This document shows, piece after piece, positions 53,372 to 64,000 of a DNA stretch of 64,000 nucleotides (positions within the stretch are counted from its first letter, which is position 1; each line of letters begins with the position of its first letter). The stretch lies in assembly GCF_006345805.1 (NCBI RefSeq), contig NC_043001.1, positions 79,236,001-79,300,000 of the forward strand. Direction: 5' to 3'. The position numbers and the translations under genes are program-made. The notes under the pieces were generated by a model. The model saw only the letters and a list, made by a program, of their open reading frames with translations, had not been told where the DNA came from and made no database searches. Source of the stretch: Octopus sinensis. Its lineage: Eukaryota.

Positions 53372-53794
53372 TGAACATGCTGACCTAAGGGTTCTATTGA
53401 TATTCCCTTCGTTTGAGGCTTGAAATGTGTTTGAAATAAATTCTGGAATTCGTTGGAAAAGAAGCAAAACGTCATCACTGCTTTCTTGTAGTTCTACAAG
53501 TTGTTCTTGCAATTATTGTTATCTAATTCGTTATTTACTCACCATTTCTTTCTTTTTCTTCTTTTCTTCATCATTCCATTACGCTAAAGCAATTTTTAAG
53601 GAGAAAAATCTGCAGTAAATGGAAAAAAAAAATTTGTTTTATTTTTAATATTTTTACATCGAAGGAAACGAGAGCCGGAATGCGCATGTTTTACATTCTA
53701 TTTTTCAGGTTCTTCTCTGTTTCTTTTGCTCTTTCTAATTTTTCTGTAAAATATTACAAAACGATATATATGTATATGCATATGTATATATATA

Positions 53795-53830
<36 letters not shown>

Positions 53831-53945
53831 AAGAGCAATAAAGATTCAAGTTAATTTTAAAAAATTTACTTGAATATGGTACCTAACTTAGATGCACCAA
53901 AAAAACTATACTGATTTAACAATACAGTAATGTGGGGTGATTATA

Positions 53946-54269
53946 AGCGAGAAAGAAGCAACAAGAATGGATAGGTATTTAGTACGATCGTTTCATACAA
54001 GGACAGGTTTTATTAAAAGTTGCAAAGATTACAGCATATATGCATATAAAAAACATGCCGGTAAGTATTTTGACCGGCGAGCAAACGATTCTTATAAAGA
54101 ACAAATAAAACAACAATATGATGATGATGATGATGATGAGATGATGCATGTAATAAGAATGACAGAATATTACAATTATATGCTGTAATCTTTGCAACTT
54201 TAATAAAACTGTCCTTGTATGAACAGATCGTACTAAATACCTATCCATTCTTGTTGCTTCTTTCTCGCT
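53946..54269. repeat. ~93-bp inverted repeat enclosing a copy of 53195-53312
   Basis: Arms 53946-54040 and 54177-54269; insert 54051-54172. Confidence 0.8.
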
Positions 54270-54295
54270 ATATATATATATAGTATTATATATAT

Positions 54296-54351
<56 letters not shown>

Positions 54352-54352
54352 T

Positions 54353-54389
<37 letters not shown>

Positions 54390-55304
54390 TGTATTGGATT
54401 GGCATCCTTTCTGTCTCGGGAGACAATGGAGTTGCGCATGAAGTAGACTAGAGAGATAGATAGATAGATATAGACATACCTATATAGATATGAATATGTA
54501 TATATACATGTGTGTGTGTGTTTGTCTATATAAATGCTTATGTAGTATAAAAGTATGTATTTATGAACAACATGCATATACATACATACATACATATATA
54601 TATATAGATATATATATATATATATTATATAATATATAATATATATGTATGATGTATGTATGTATGTATGTATATGCGTAAGTATAGATATATACATGTG
54701 CATAAATATTATTACTTATATACAAAGATACAAAACACACGCACGCACACACACGCTCACATCTATACACGTATATGTATTTATGTGTCCATACGTGTCT
54801 AGGTGTATATATGTGTATAGACATGCACGCGCATATGCATACATTCACGTATATACACGCACACTGTTTAAATGCTCCTAAAATTGACTCCTCACAGCTT
54901 ATTTAATGCCAACAACGAATAAGAGACAATTTAAGGAGGAAAGTAAAGGCATATAACGATTAAGAAAATTTTATATAAAAATAAAACGTAGAGAATGAAA
55001 TTCTCAGAAACGGTGAAAAACATAACAAAGCATTTTTTCACACGCCTGTTCGCACATATATATTATTCTTATTATTTTTCACAGTTTCCTTTCTATTGTT
55101 GAGAATGTCAATAATACGCGTTTTAAAAAATACCGTTGAAAGACCTGTTAGTTAACGAAGCAAAATTTAATGCAGTGTACCTTAAGAAGCTTGGTTTTAG
55201 TATATGCCTTCTTGTATGTATGCATTTATCTCTGTAATTCTAGGTGTGTGGCTCTGTGTATGTGTATCTATCTATATGTATCTATGTGTGTGTGTTTGTA
55301 TGTG

Positions 55305-55346
<42 letters not shown>

Positions 55347-55590
55347 AATATGTATGTATGTTCATATGTATGTAGGTATATTTATATGCATTGTCAAATT
55401 TGTTAATATTTTTATTATAATCAAAATTCTATTTATCATATAGTTTTCATTTTATGAGTCAAATACGGTCAGATTTTAAAATGACGTTTTATTAGCATCC
55501 ATTTAAGATGAATGAAAACTTAAAAATGAATCTTTAGATAGATAGATAAATACATAATAGATAGATAGCTTTATGCTTATATGTATATAT

Positions 55591-55639
<49 letters not shown>

Positions 55640-56372
55640 CACACACCTACACACTTATGTACATATAAATACGTATATGTGTATATATGCGTGTGTGCAT
55701 ACATGTGTGTTCGGAATTTTATATATATGCAATATTTATGCATATATATATATGTATTCTGAAGATAATGAACAATAATATATATATACCGCAGGAGAGA
55801 CATTGTCTAGCATTTAATGCATTAGCATAAAGCTTTAATGGAAAGAAAAAGTGTCACGAGGTGTGGAGAGGGAGAGATAGCTAAAGTGAGAAAGGGACGA
55901 ATAGAAGAGGAGAGGGACGGAGAAAGAGAGGGGGACGGGTAGAGAAGAAAGAGGGAGAACGAGTGAGTATTGACACTAATTATGAAAACCTATAATAGAT
56001 AACATAAGAGAAAATGCCTGAAACGAATGATCGACATAAATACAAATATGCTAAGACGTTGCATATACGTAGTATGAGATATTAGCCAAGCAATGATTTC
56101 ACATTTGTCAACTTATGGTTCCGCAGTACTAGAAAATCGGAAAGTCCAAAGACCTCTGTTATCGAAAATCAAGTCCACAAAGGTTTCACGTTTTGTACAA
56201 ACGATTGACCACGAATCATTTTCCAAGACCATCCTGACAGAGATTGGGGGTGGGAAGAGAAAAAATAGACATCAAAAGCGTTTGTAGTGAGATGCTACCA
56301 AAGAATAACCAGAAATAATAACTTAACTAGTTATGTATATACATACATACATGCATACATATATATTATAAT

Positions 56373-56404
<32 letters not shown>

Positions 56405-56409
56405 TAATT

Positions 56410-56575
56410 TTTATTCTTTTCCTTGCTTCAGTTATTTGGCTGCGGTCATGCTGCAGCACTGCCTTTAGTCGAACAAATCGACTCCAGGACTTGTTCTTTG
56501 TAACACACCGACATCGGTTGTTAAGCGATGTTGGGTGACAAAAAGACACACTAATACGTGTATATATATATATAT

Positions 56576-56616
<41 letters not shown>

Positions 56617-56800
56617 TTGAGAGAGAGAGAGAGACGATGACGGGCTACTTTCAGTTTCCGTCTACCAAATCAACTTATAAGTCTTTGGTCGGTTTGAGGC
56701 TATGGGAGAAACACTTGCACAAATTGCCACGCAGTGGAACTTAACCCAGAAGCATGTGATTGGGAAGCAAGCATTTTACCACACAGCCACACCTGTGCTT
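56410..56800 (-). mobile_element. SINE family A
   Basis: Reverse complement of the head, body and tail. Confidence 0.8.
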
Positions 56801-56818
56801 ATATATATATATACCTCC

Positions 56819-56855
<37 letters not shown>

Positions 56856-57189
56856 AGTGGAGGAAAACGTGGAAGGTGCAGATAGAAATGATGACAATGA
56901 AATAGTTTGATGAAATTAATTTAATAGCAGGAAAATTCTAATTTCACGACTAATTGTTTCGTTTACTTAAAAGATGTAAATATTTCATATTATTATATTT
57001 AATAATAAATAGATAACTTACTTGCCTGCATTAATGCAAAATGCAGAGAATCTTGGAGAAGTTAAGTTACGTAATAAATATTCTATATTAAGGAGCAATT
57101 TTTTAAAAACAAGTAATACCAAACTATTTCAATTTATGTATCCTTTTCTCCGCTAGGCACAAGGCCCCAAATAAAAGAATATATATATA

Positions 57190-57335
57190 TATGACGGGCT
57201 TCTACGCCGGTTCTGCCTACGAAATTCACTTGCGAGTCTCGGGTCAGTTCGGTGCTATCGTAGAAGGCGTCGCGTTGTGACACTGAACCTGAAACCACTT
57301 GGTCAAAAAGTTAGCGTCTTTCCCACTTAGATATA
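57190..57335 (-). mobile_element. SINE family A 5' half, decayed
   Basis: ATGACGGGCTTC...CTGAACCTGAAACCACTTGG. Confidence 0.6.
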
Positions 57336-58082
57336 TCTGCACCATATATGTGCAATATATTTTTCTCTTAATTGTCCTCCCTTGTATAACATATACTATA
57401 TACTTTTAATAAAGTGATCCGCATCTGGACATGAGCTTCCCGATTTTAATAAGTATGTATTTGACTTCATTATCCTCTACAATATGTAGAGTCTACATAT
57501 TACTATGCACGAGTTTAAGGCAACACATTGCAATTTGAGGAAGATCTCGTGGCTATTTCTAGCAGTTCGAGCCATAATGCAGAGTCACGTTTGTTGACAA
57601 GGTGCTTAGTGTATCACCACAAAATATTTTGTGATTTGAGGAAGATTTTGCTGTTAGTTTTAACTGAATGAGCTACAAAGCAAAAGCTGCGTCACAATTG
57701 AATATATAGTATGATCATATTTAAGTGTTTTTTTGAATAATATATTGTGTGTACGTGTGTATGTGTGTATGTGTGTGTATATGTGTGTTAGTGTGATACA
57801 AATATGAGATTACAATAACATGTAATACGGAATTTATCAGATGTTACCTTCTGGAAACAGAACAATCTGTTCTCAAATATCAACATTCCAATGGGATTAT
57901 ATGCAAATATATCTACAGGCAATACAACATATAGACCTAAACAAACAGATGATGAGATAAGATACTATACCTGAAAATGCGTTGAAAGCATAAAAATATC
58001 CAGTTCACACCTACAGAGCCGGACACGAACGTATAGACACATATATAATAACACACATATACACACATACACACGTACACAC

Positions 58083-58116
<34 letters not shown>

Positions 58117-58227
58117 AACATGCAACACACTATTTCCTTCTACCTCTCTCATTTTTCTCTCCAACACATTTAGTTATTTCGACAGGTATATGTGCGGAAA
58201 TCTATGCTTATACCTGGTTATATATAC

Positions 58228-58283
<56 letters not shown>

Positions 58284-59084
58284 CTGTGTCTGTGTGTGTA
58301 TGTATGTCTATATGATATATATATATATATGTATGTATATATATGCATGTATGTGTGTGTGTGTGTTATTTGCGTGTGTATGTATTTATAGATACATATA
58401 TATATATACATATATATATGTATATATACATACAAACACATTCATATGAATATAGATTATATAGATATAGATGCATAGAGAGAAAGAAAGACACACACAA
58501 ACACACACACAAACACACACACACATATATATATATATATACATATATATAAATACACATTGAGGAACCGTGTGCGATAAAGATACATATATACAGAAAG
58601 TTATGTTTCTAGATATATGTGTGTGTGTGTGTGTGTGCGTGTGTGTGTGTGAGTGTGTGTGTGTGTGTGTGTATGTGTGTGTGTGTAGATATGCACGCCC
58701 GACTGTATATGGACAGATATTCACATAAATAACACGTATGAATATGCTTTTGGGTGTATGTGCTCGTGTATCTGAATGACTGTGTGTGTGTGTGTGCGTG
58801 CGTCTGTGTGTTTGTATGTGTATCGTGTTCAGTGATGGAGACACCTTGACGTCAAAGCTTTCCACACAAGTGTCAACAAGTTAATTGTTTCCTTCCACTG
58901 CTAACCTTTAGTGTTTTACATTTGTTTGCATACACTTACGTAGACACAGATAAGCTCTTTCGCGATAATCACACATGCGCACACACATATGGAAATATAT
59001 ATAATTATGTGTATATAAATATATATTATGGGTATATGATTATATAAATATACATATATATATATATATATATTATATGTAGAA

Positions 59085-59260
59085 AAATACAAACTGGGAC
59101 AAGAACGTAAGACATTTAGAAGACACTACAAAAAACACGGAAGCCTTCAATCTTCAGTCAAAAACCGGATCATCCTCGCAATTTCGGCTGACTAATCGTG
59201 AGATCGCTCCGATCCGGCAAGCCCCAAGGAAAAACTAAGCTACGAGCATTAGATTTCTTG
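59085..59260 (-). mobile_element. Possible Penelope pLTR remnant with a broken hammerhead
   Basis: CTGAAGA..GAAGGC...GTCTTC-TAAATGTC (GAAA mutated). Confidence 0.3.
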
Positions 59261-59704
59261 GATCGAATGTATACGAAACAAGGACAGAAAAACGGACGAT
59301 GCCACACGAATATAAATACAAAAAACAATAATACTAATAACAGGACAAAAACAGCGGTTGTCTTACGACTAATAGACAGTACAACTTAGTTTAGCAGGCG
59401 TATTTGGAAAAAAAATGCCTTTATCGGCAGACGAAGACAACGATGTTCTCATGGCGCTGGTTAGAAACCGAAAGGCTGGTTGACTAGCGGTCACGTGAGA
59501 AGAGAAGAGAGAGTAAAACAAGGGGGCAAAGGAATCAAAGGGAGAAGGAGAAGTGGGACGAAGGCACCAAAAGGTGGGGAGAAGAGAGAGAAAGAAGGAA
59601 TTAAAGAGGGGAGAAGAAAGAGAGCGTGCCAAGGATTGGCTTGGACAGAATCAGTTAGGTGCAAAGAATCAGAGGCAAGAAAAGAGAAAAGGAGGAGGGG
59701 GAGT

Positions 59705-59735
<31 letters not shown>

Positions 59736-59884
59736 CAGATCAAAGTAGTGTGCAAAGTGTGAAAGGCAGAGAAAAGTAGGAGAGAGAGACAGTGTTATAG
59801 AGTCGTACCAAATTTAAAGGAATATATACTTACATACAAGGCCAAAGAGGGTACGGCGCCGCTGAGTATATATATATATAATAC

Positions 59885-60245
59885 TCTTTTACTCTTTTAC
59901 TTGTTTCAGTTATTTGACTGCAGCCATGCTGGAGCACCGCCTTTTAGTCGAGCAAATCGACCCCCAGGACCTATTCTTTGTAAGCTTAGTACTTATTCTA
60001 TCGTAAACACACCAGTATCGGTTGGGGGACAAACACAGACACACAAACACACACGCACACATACATATATATATATACGTATATACAACGGACTTCTTTC
60101 AGTTTCTCTCTATCAAATTCACTCACAAGGCTTTTGTCGGCCCGTCGTTATAGTAGAAGACACCTGCCCAAGTTGCCACGCAGTGGGACTGAACCCGGAA
60201 CCATGTGGTTCGCAAGCAAGCTACTTACCACATAGCCACTTCTAT
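59885..60245 (-). mobile_element. SINE family A, near full length
   Basis: TACTCTTTTACTCTTTTACTTGTTTCAG tail through GGGACTGAACCCGGAACCATGTGG...CATAGCCAC. Confidence 0.88.
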
Positions 60246-60519
60246 GCCTATATCTATATATAAGATAGGAAATGAAGTTAACGGCATTATTTATTATAAA
60301 ACACTACAATTGTTTCGACATATACTTACTCCTTTACTATATCAGTGATATATCGTCTAATCACAAGGTGTATAATGCGCCTCCACATGTGCCAGTTCAA
60401 ACACGTCCTTTGCCAGATTCTCTCGCTGTTTCATTCAGTGCGATAATGCATACGCAATGTGATGTAGTATTCCCAGCCTACGACTGCTTTTATATAACCT
60501 CCTGCATTTGCAGTCCAGG

Positions 60520-61050
60520 TCATGAAGTTAACTGAAGGGGCAATGAATATGGGTCTCAGGTGAAGCAAAAGGAAACGGAAGTTTGGAGGCTGAACACCTC
60601 ACACCACGAACCAATTAGAATGGGCACCGCAGCACTTCCAGAGAACAAAAAGTTTGTGCGTCTAGGCATCCTCACGACAGGTGAAACGCAGGTGGATGTG
60701 ATATCTTGGTTCGGCAAAATTCTGTATGCTTTGAACGACCTTCAATCGGTCAGGAAGTCTAAAGCTATTTCTCTCAAAGCAAAATTCCGTATCTTGAATT
60801 CTAAGCTCAAAGCTATTATTCTTTAGGGGTCAGAATCTTGGAGGTTCACCAACGTCATAAAGAATAAGATACAAATCTTCATCAGCAAATATATTCACTA
60901 CATTTTCAAGATCTAGTGGCTGGATGAAATTCCAAACACAAGTCTGTGGAATAGGATGAAGCAAACTCACATGAATCCAGAAATTCTTAAATGGAAACGG
61001 AACTGGATCGGTCACACACTAAGGAGACATTGAAGCAGCATTTTAGGACA
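60520..61050 (+). mobile_element. RTE LINE fragment
   Basis: SKRKTEV.R.N...KFVRLG...ISLKAKFRILNS.LK.IIL*GSESWR...LWNRMKQ......KRNWIGHTLRR. Confidence 0.82.
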
Positions 61051-61114
61051 ATACTTAATACATAAAATATTCGAGGTCCTGTTCTCTTTGCAGAATAATA
61101 TGAACCTAACCTGT

Positions 61115-61158
<44 letters not shown>

Positions 61159-63479
61159 CATATGTGGGGTGTGTGGATATGTGGGTGTGGTTGGATGTCT
61201 GTGTGTGTGTTTTTGTGTGTGAGTGTTGGTGGTTACAATGTGCTTCTTCGAAATATTTTTTTTACTCAAGAAAACTATGCACTACCACTCCGGGAATCGA
61301 AACCACGATATTGCGAACATTTCATCGGTATAACACCCGAAACACTATGAGAGACTTCGTCACATACATGTACACAGGTACTCAGGTACACACACACATA
61401 TACATACACATGTATATACGTTTATATACATACATGTATACACATATAAGTATCTGTGTGTTTGTGTACGTATATAATATTATACACTACGATATTTCAT
61501 TTCTTTAACATGTTACGCACGATAGGCAGTAATATTTCTTTCGTTTTAGAAACCTTCAGCATGACATAACCGGAGGTACATTAATGAAATGTTATGAATG
61601 TTATAGTGCAAGAGATTTCTTATAGATGGGGTATAATGACTCTCTGGAAAAATATTTTTATAACAGTAATAATATTGTAATATGATAAAACGATACTTTC
61701 CTGATGAATTTCAAATCACATCTAAAGTTTTTCAGTAGCTAGAGTAGAACCACGACAAAATCTAGTTCAAAGGTTCTCACCCCATTTTGACCAAAGGCCC
61801 CTTTTAACCCTTGGAGTCACAAATGGCCGCCCCACCAGAAAATAGTTATATATTTCAATATACTACTTATTTTGAAATCAGTAGATAATAATTAAAAAAA
61901 TAAAGGACATCATTTTACACATGAGCTTGTACAAAGTCGGGAGTACAGATGTACAACTTGAAATGCAAACAAAAAAATGAAATTATGAATTGAAAGTTTG
62001 GTAATTGCGTTTATTTCCACCACGTGACACTTATGAGATCAATGTGTTGGGTATCGAAAGAGTGCTCTTTGGTATAAGTAAATGTCGACAAAATGCTTTC
62101 AAACCTTTCCGATTTCCTTTATCGAAGCTTCTAGAACATGTACAACAATCTGACATATAATTTATTGTCACCCAGGAAGAAGATTGTTTATCCTCAAGAG
62201 AGTGTATTTGAGAGAAATTGTTGAAATACATATGTACATCATATGAGTAGCAAATTGTAGAGAATGGTATTCACTATACTTGGATCTGTTAAGTTTGAGT
62301 CACAAAATCAGCACCCTTTTAAAATGACGTAAAGAACCCTGAATATTTGTCATATTAAACATTCATTTCTTATTCAGGATCTAGTTTGCTTCATTCACAA
62401 AATCTTAATTTTTTAAAAGGAAGTAAGAAATCTGAAAATTGGTTATTTTGATACAGTTTACTAAGCTTACTCCTATGAGGCCATGGACTTCTGGCGAAAA
62501 CATTTGACACACACAATTTGTTTTTAATTCGTGGTTTTAAAATATGGACAGTCCAAATCTACCATTCGTTTTCTTTATAATTTCTCAATAATTTTTTAAG
62601 TACTTCAAAATCAAAATTGCGTAAATATTGTGCCAGAAACAGTAGTGAAAAACTAAGGAAATAGATTTCTGAGAGAGCTCTTACTATGAGTGACTTTTAT
62701 TCCATCATTCTAATACTTTATGAAACTTATACATATACATGTATAAATGCATACACAAACATACAAATATATAAACACACATACATGTTTATACAGTTAG
62801 TTTTATATACATGCTTTTATATATATAAATATTTCGGCATATCTACATCATTTTGCCCCAAACATTGCTTCTTCATAACCATGAGAAAATAACTATTACT
62901 TTTCTACAGATATGCTTCAGATAATTTAGATTCCGATTAAATTGGAATTAATTGTGAAAACCGTTTGCGTATACGAATTGTTTTAAATATATCTTTATAC
63001 ACTCGTGTACACACAAAAAACTGGCACCGCGTCGGTCCGACAATTACAAGTATCCAAAATTTCTTCACCACTCTTCCAACTTCATTTTTCCCCTTAGAAA
63101 GAAGGCTTTGGACTATCACTGTACGGTTGTCTGTCTGCTAATATTGCTGATGGACATGAAGTTTGTCACTGGCATTTCACATAGAAACTCCAGGATGATG
63201 TGAAAAAGTGAGAAGACCGTCAATTGATTTTCTTCCATAAAAGTATAAAGAAATTGTTTTAAAATTATAAAGAGAAACGAATAGTAGATTCGGACTGTAT
63301 TTTAAAACCAAAATAAAAAAAAGAGAGGGGTGGGAGATTTCTTTTTTTTTTTTGCATAAGCACATCAATTCCATTATGCAGAAGACAGAATGGAAAACAT
63401 TTGTAAAAATTCGTAAAAATACAAAATCCATGAGTGGGTTTAGTACATACTTACATCAGAATTCTGACCATTCGTATCC

Positions 63480-63564
<85 letters not shown>

Positions 63565-63577
63565 TTATAATATTATA

Positions 63578-63649
<72 letters not shown>

Positions 63650-64000
63650 GTATATATATATATGTATATATTATATTGAGGGTACTACTATTCGTAGATA
63701 CCAACACGCTAAGAGGGACCAATGCGGTCAAAACTACTAAAAATAAACAAAATTTTACCGAATGCAAAACTTCAAAACACATCATTTTAAAAAAGAATTC
63801 AGTTACATGTGATTTCGCATTTAATGCAGAATGTGCATTTCATGTTCGTCAGTGCAACAAACTCAAGAAATATAAGAAAAAACATAACGTTACAAACTCG
63901 ATAGCCAATCGTAGAATTCGTCGTAGCTTGTACGAATGTTTATCCTTACATGTCTATGAAAATGGCGGGCTTTTTCGCAATACATTTCGGTAACAAATAT

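Noticed and set aside
56100-56240. Minus-strand exon after a strong polypyrimidine acceptor
   Set aside because: No convincing donor before stops in any frame, and no recognisable protein.
59400-59510. Promoter or first exon (GTCACGTGA E-box, short ATG frames)
   Set aside because: Short motifs expected by chance; no supporting gene structure.
61800-61830. piggyBac-like end TTAA-CCCTT
   Set aside because: No matching opposite end or transposase was found.

Overview
AT-rich, microsatellite-saturated eukaryotic non-coding DNA. The SINE families and (TA)n/(CA)n/(GATA)n load look like an octopus (coleoid cephalopod) genome; this is an inference from recognised repeats, not a search. I can support no intact host gene, and almost every ORF in the supplied track is a translated microsatellite. 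The window is a graveyard of mobile elements: several tRNA-derived SINE families (>25 copies), decayed Penelope-like elements (RT with YRDD motif, GIY-YIG endonuclease, pseudo-LTRs carrying hammerhead ribozymes), CR1/L2-type and RTE LINE fragments, one full-length decayed mariner plus two other mariner remnants, Helitron-like elements and a fold-back MITE. The standout is 43095-44107: a non-coding, highly structured ~350-nt unit containing an intact type I hammerhead ribozyme, arranged as two ~505-nt terminally redundant arms joined head-to-head and flanked by a TSD-like CTATATATATA. It looks like a young retrozyme-like or non-autonomous Penelope derivative. All calls were made by eye, so the ends of decayed elements are approximate.
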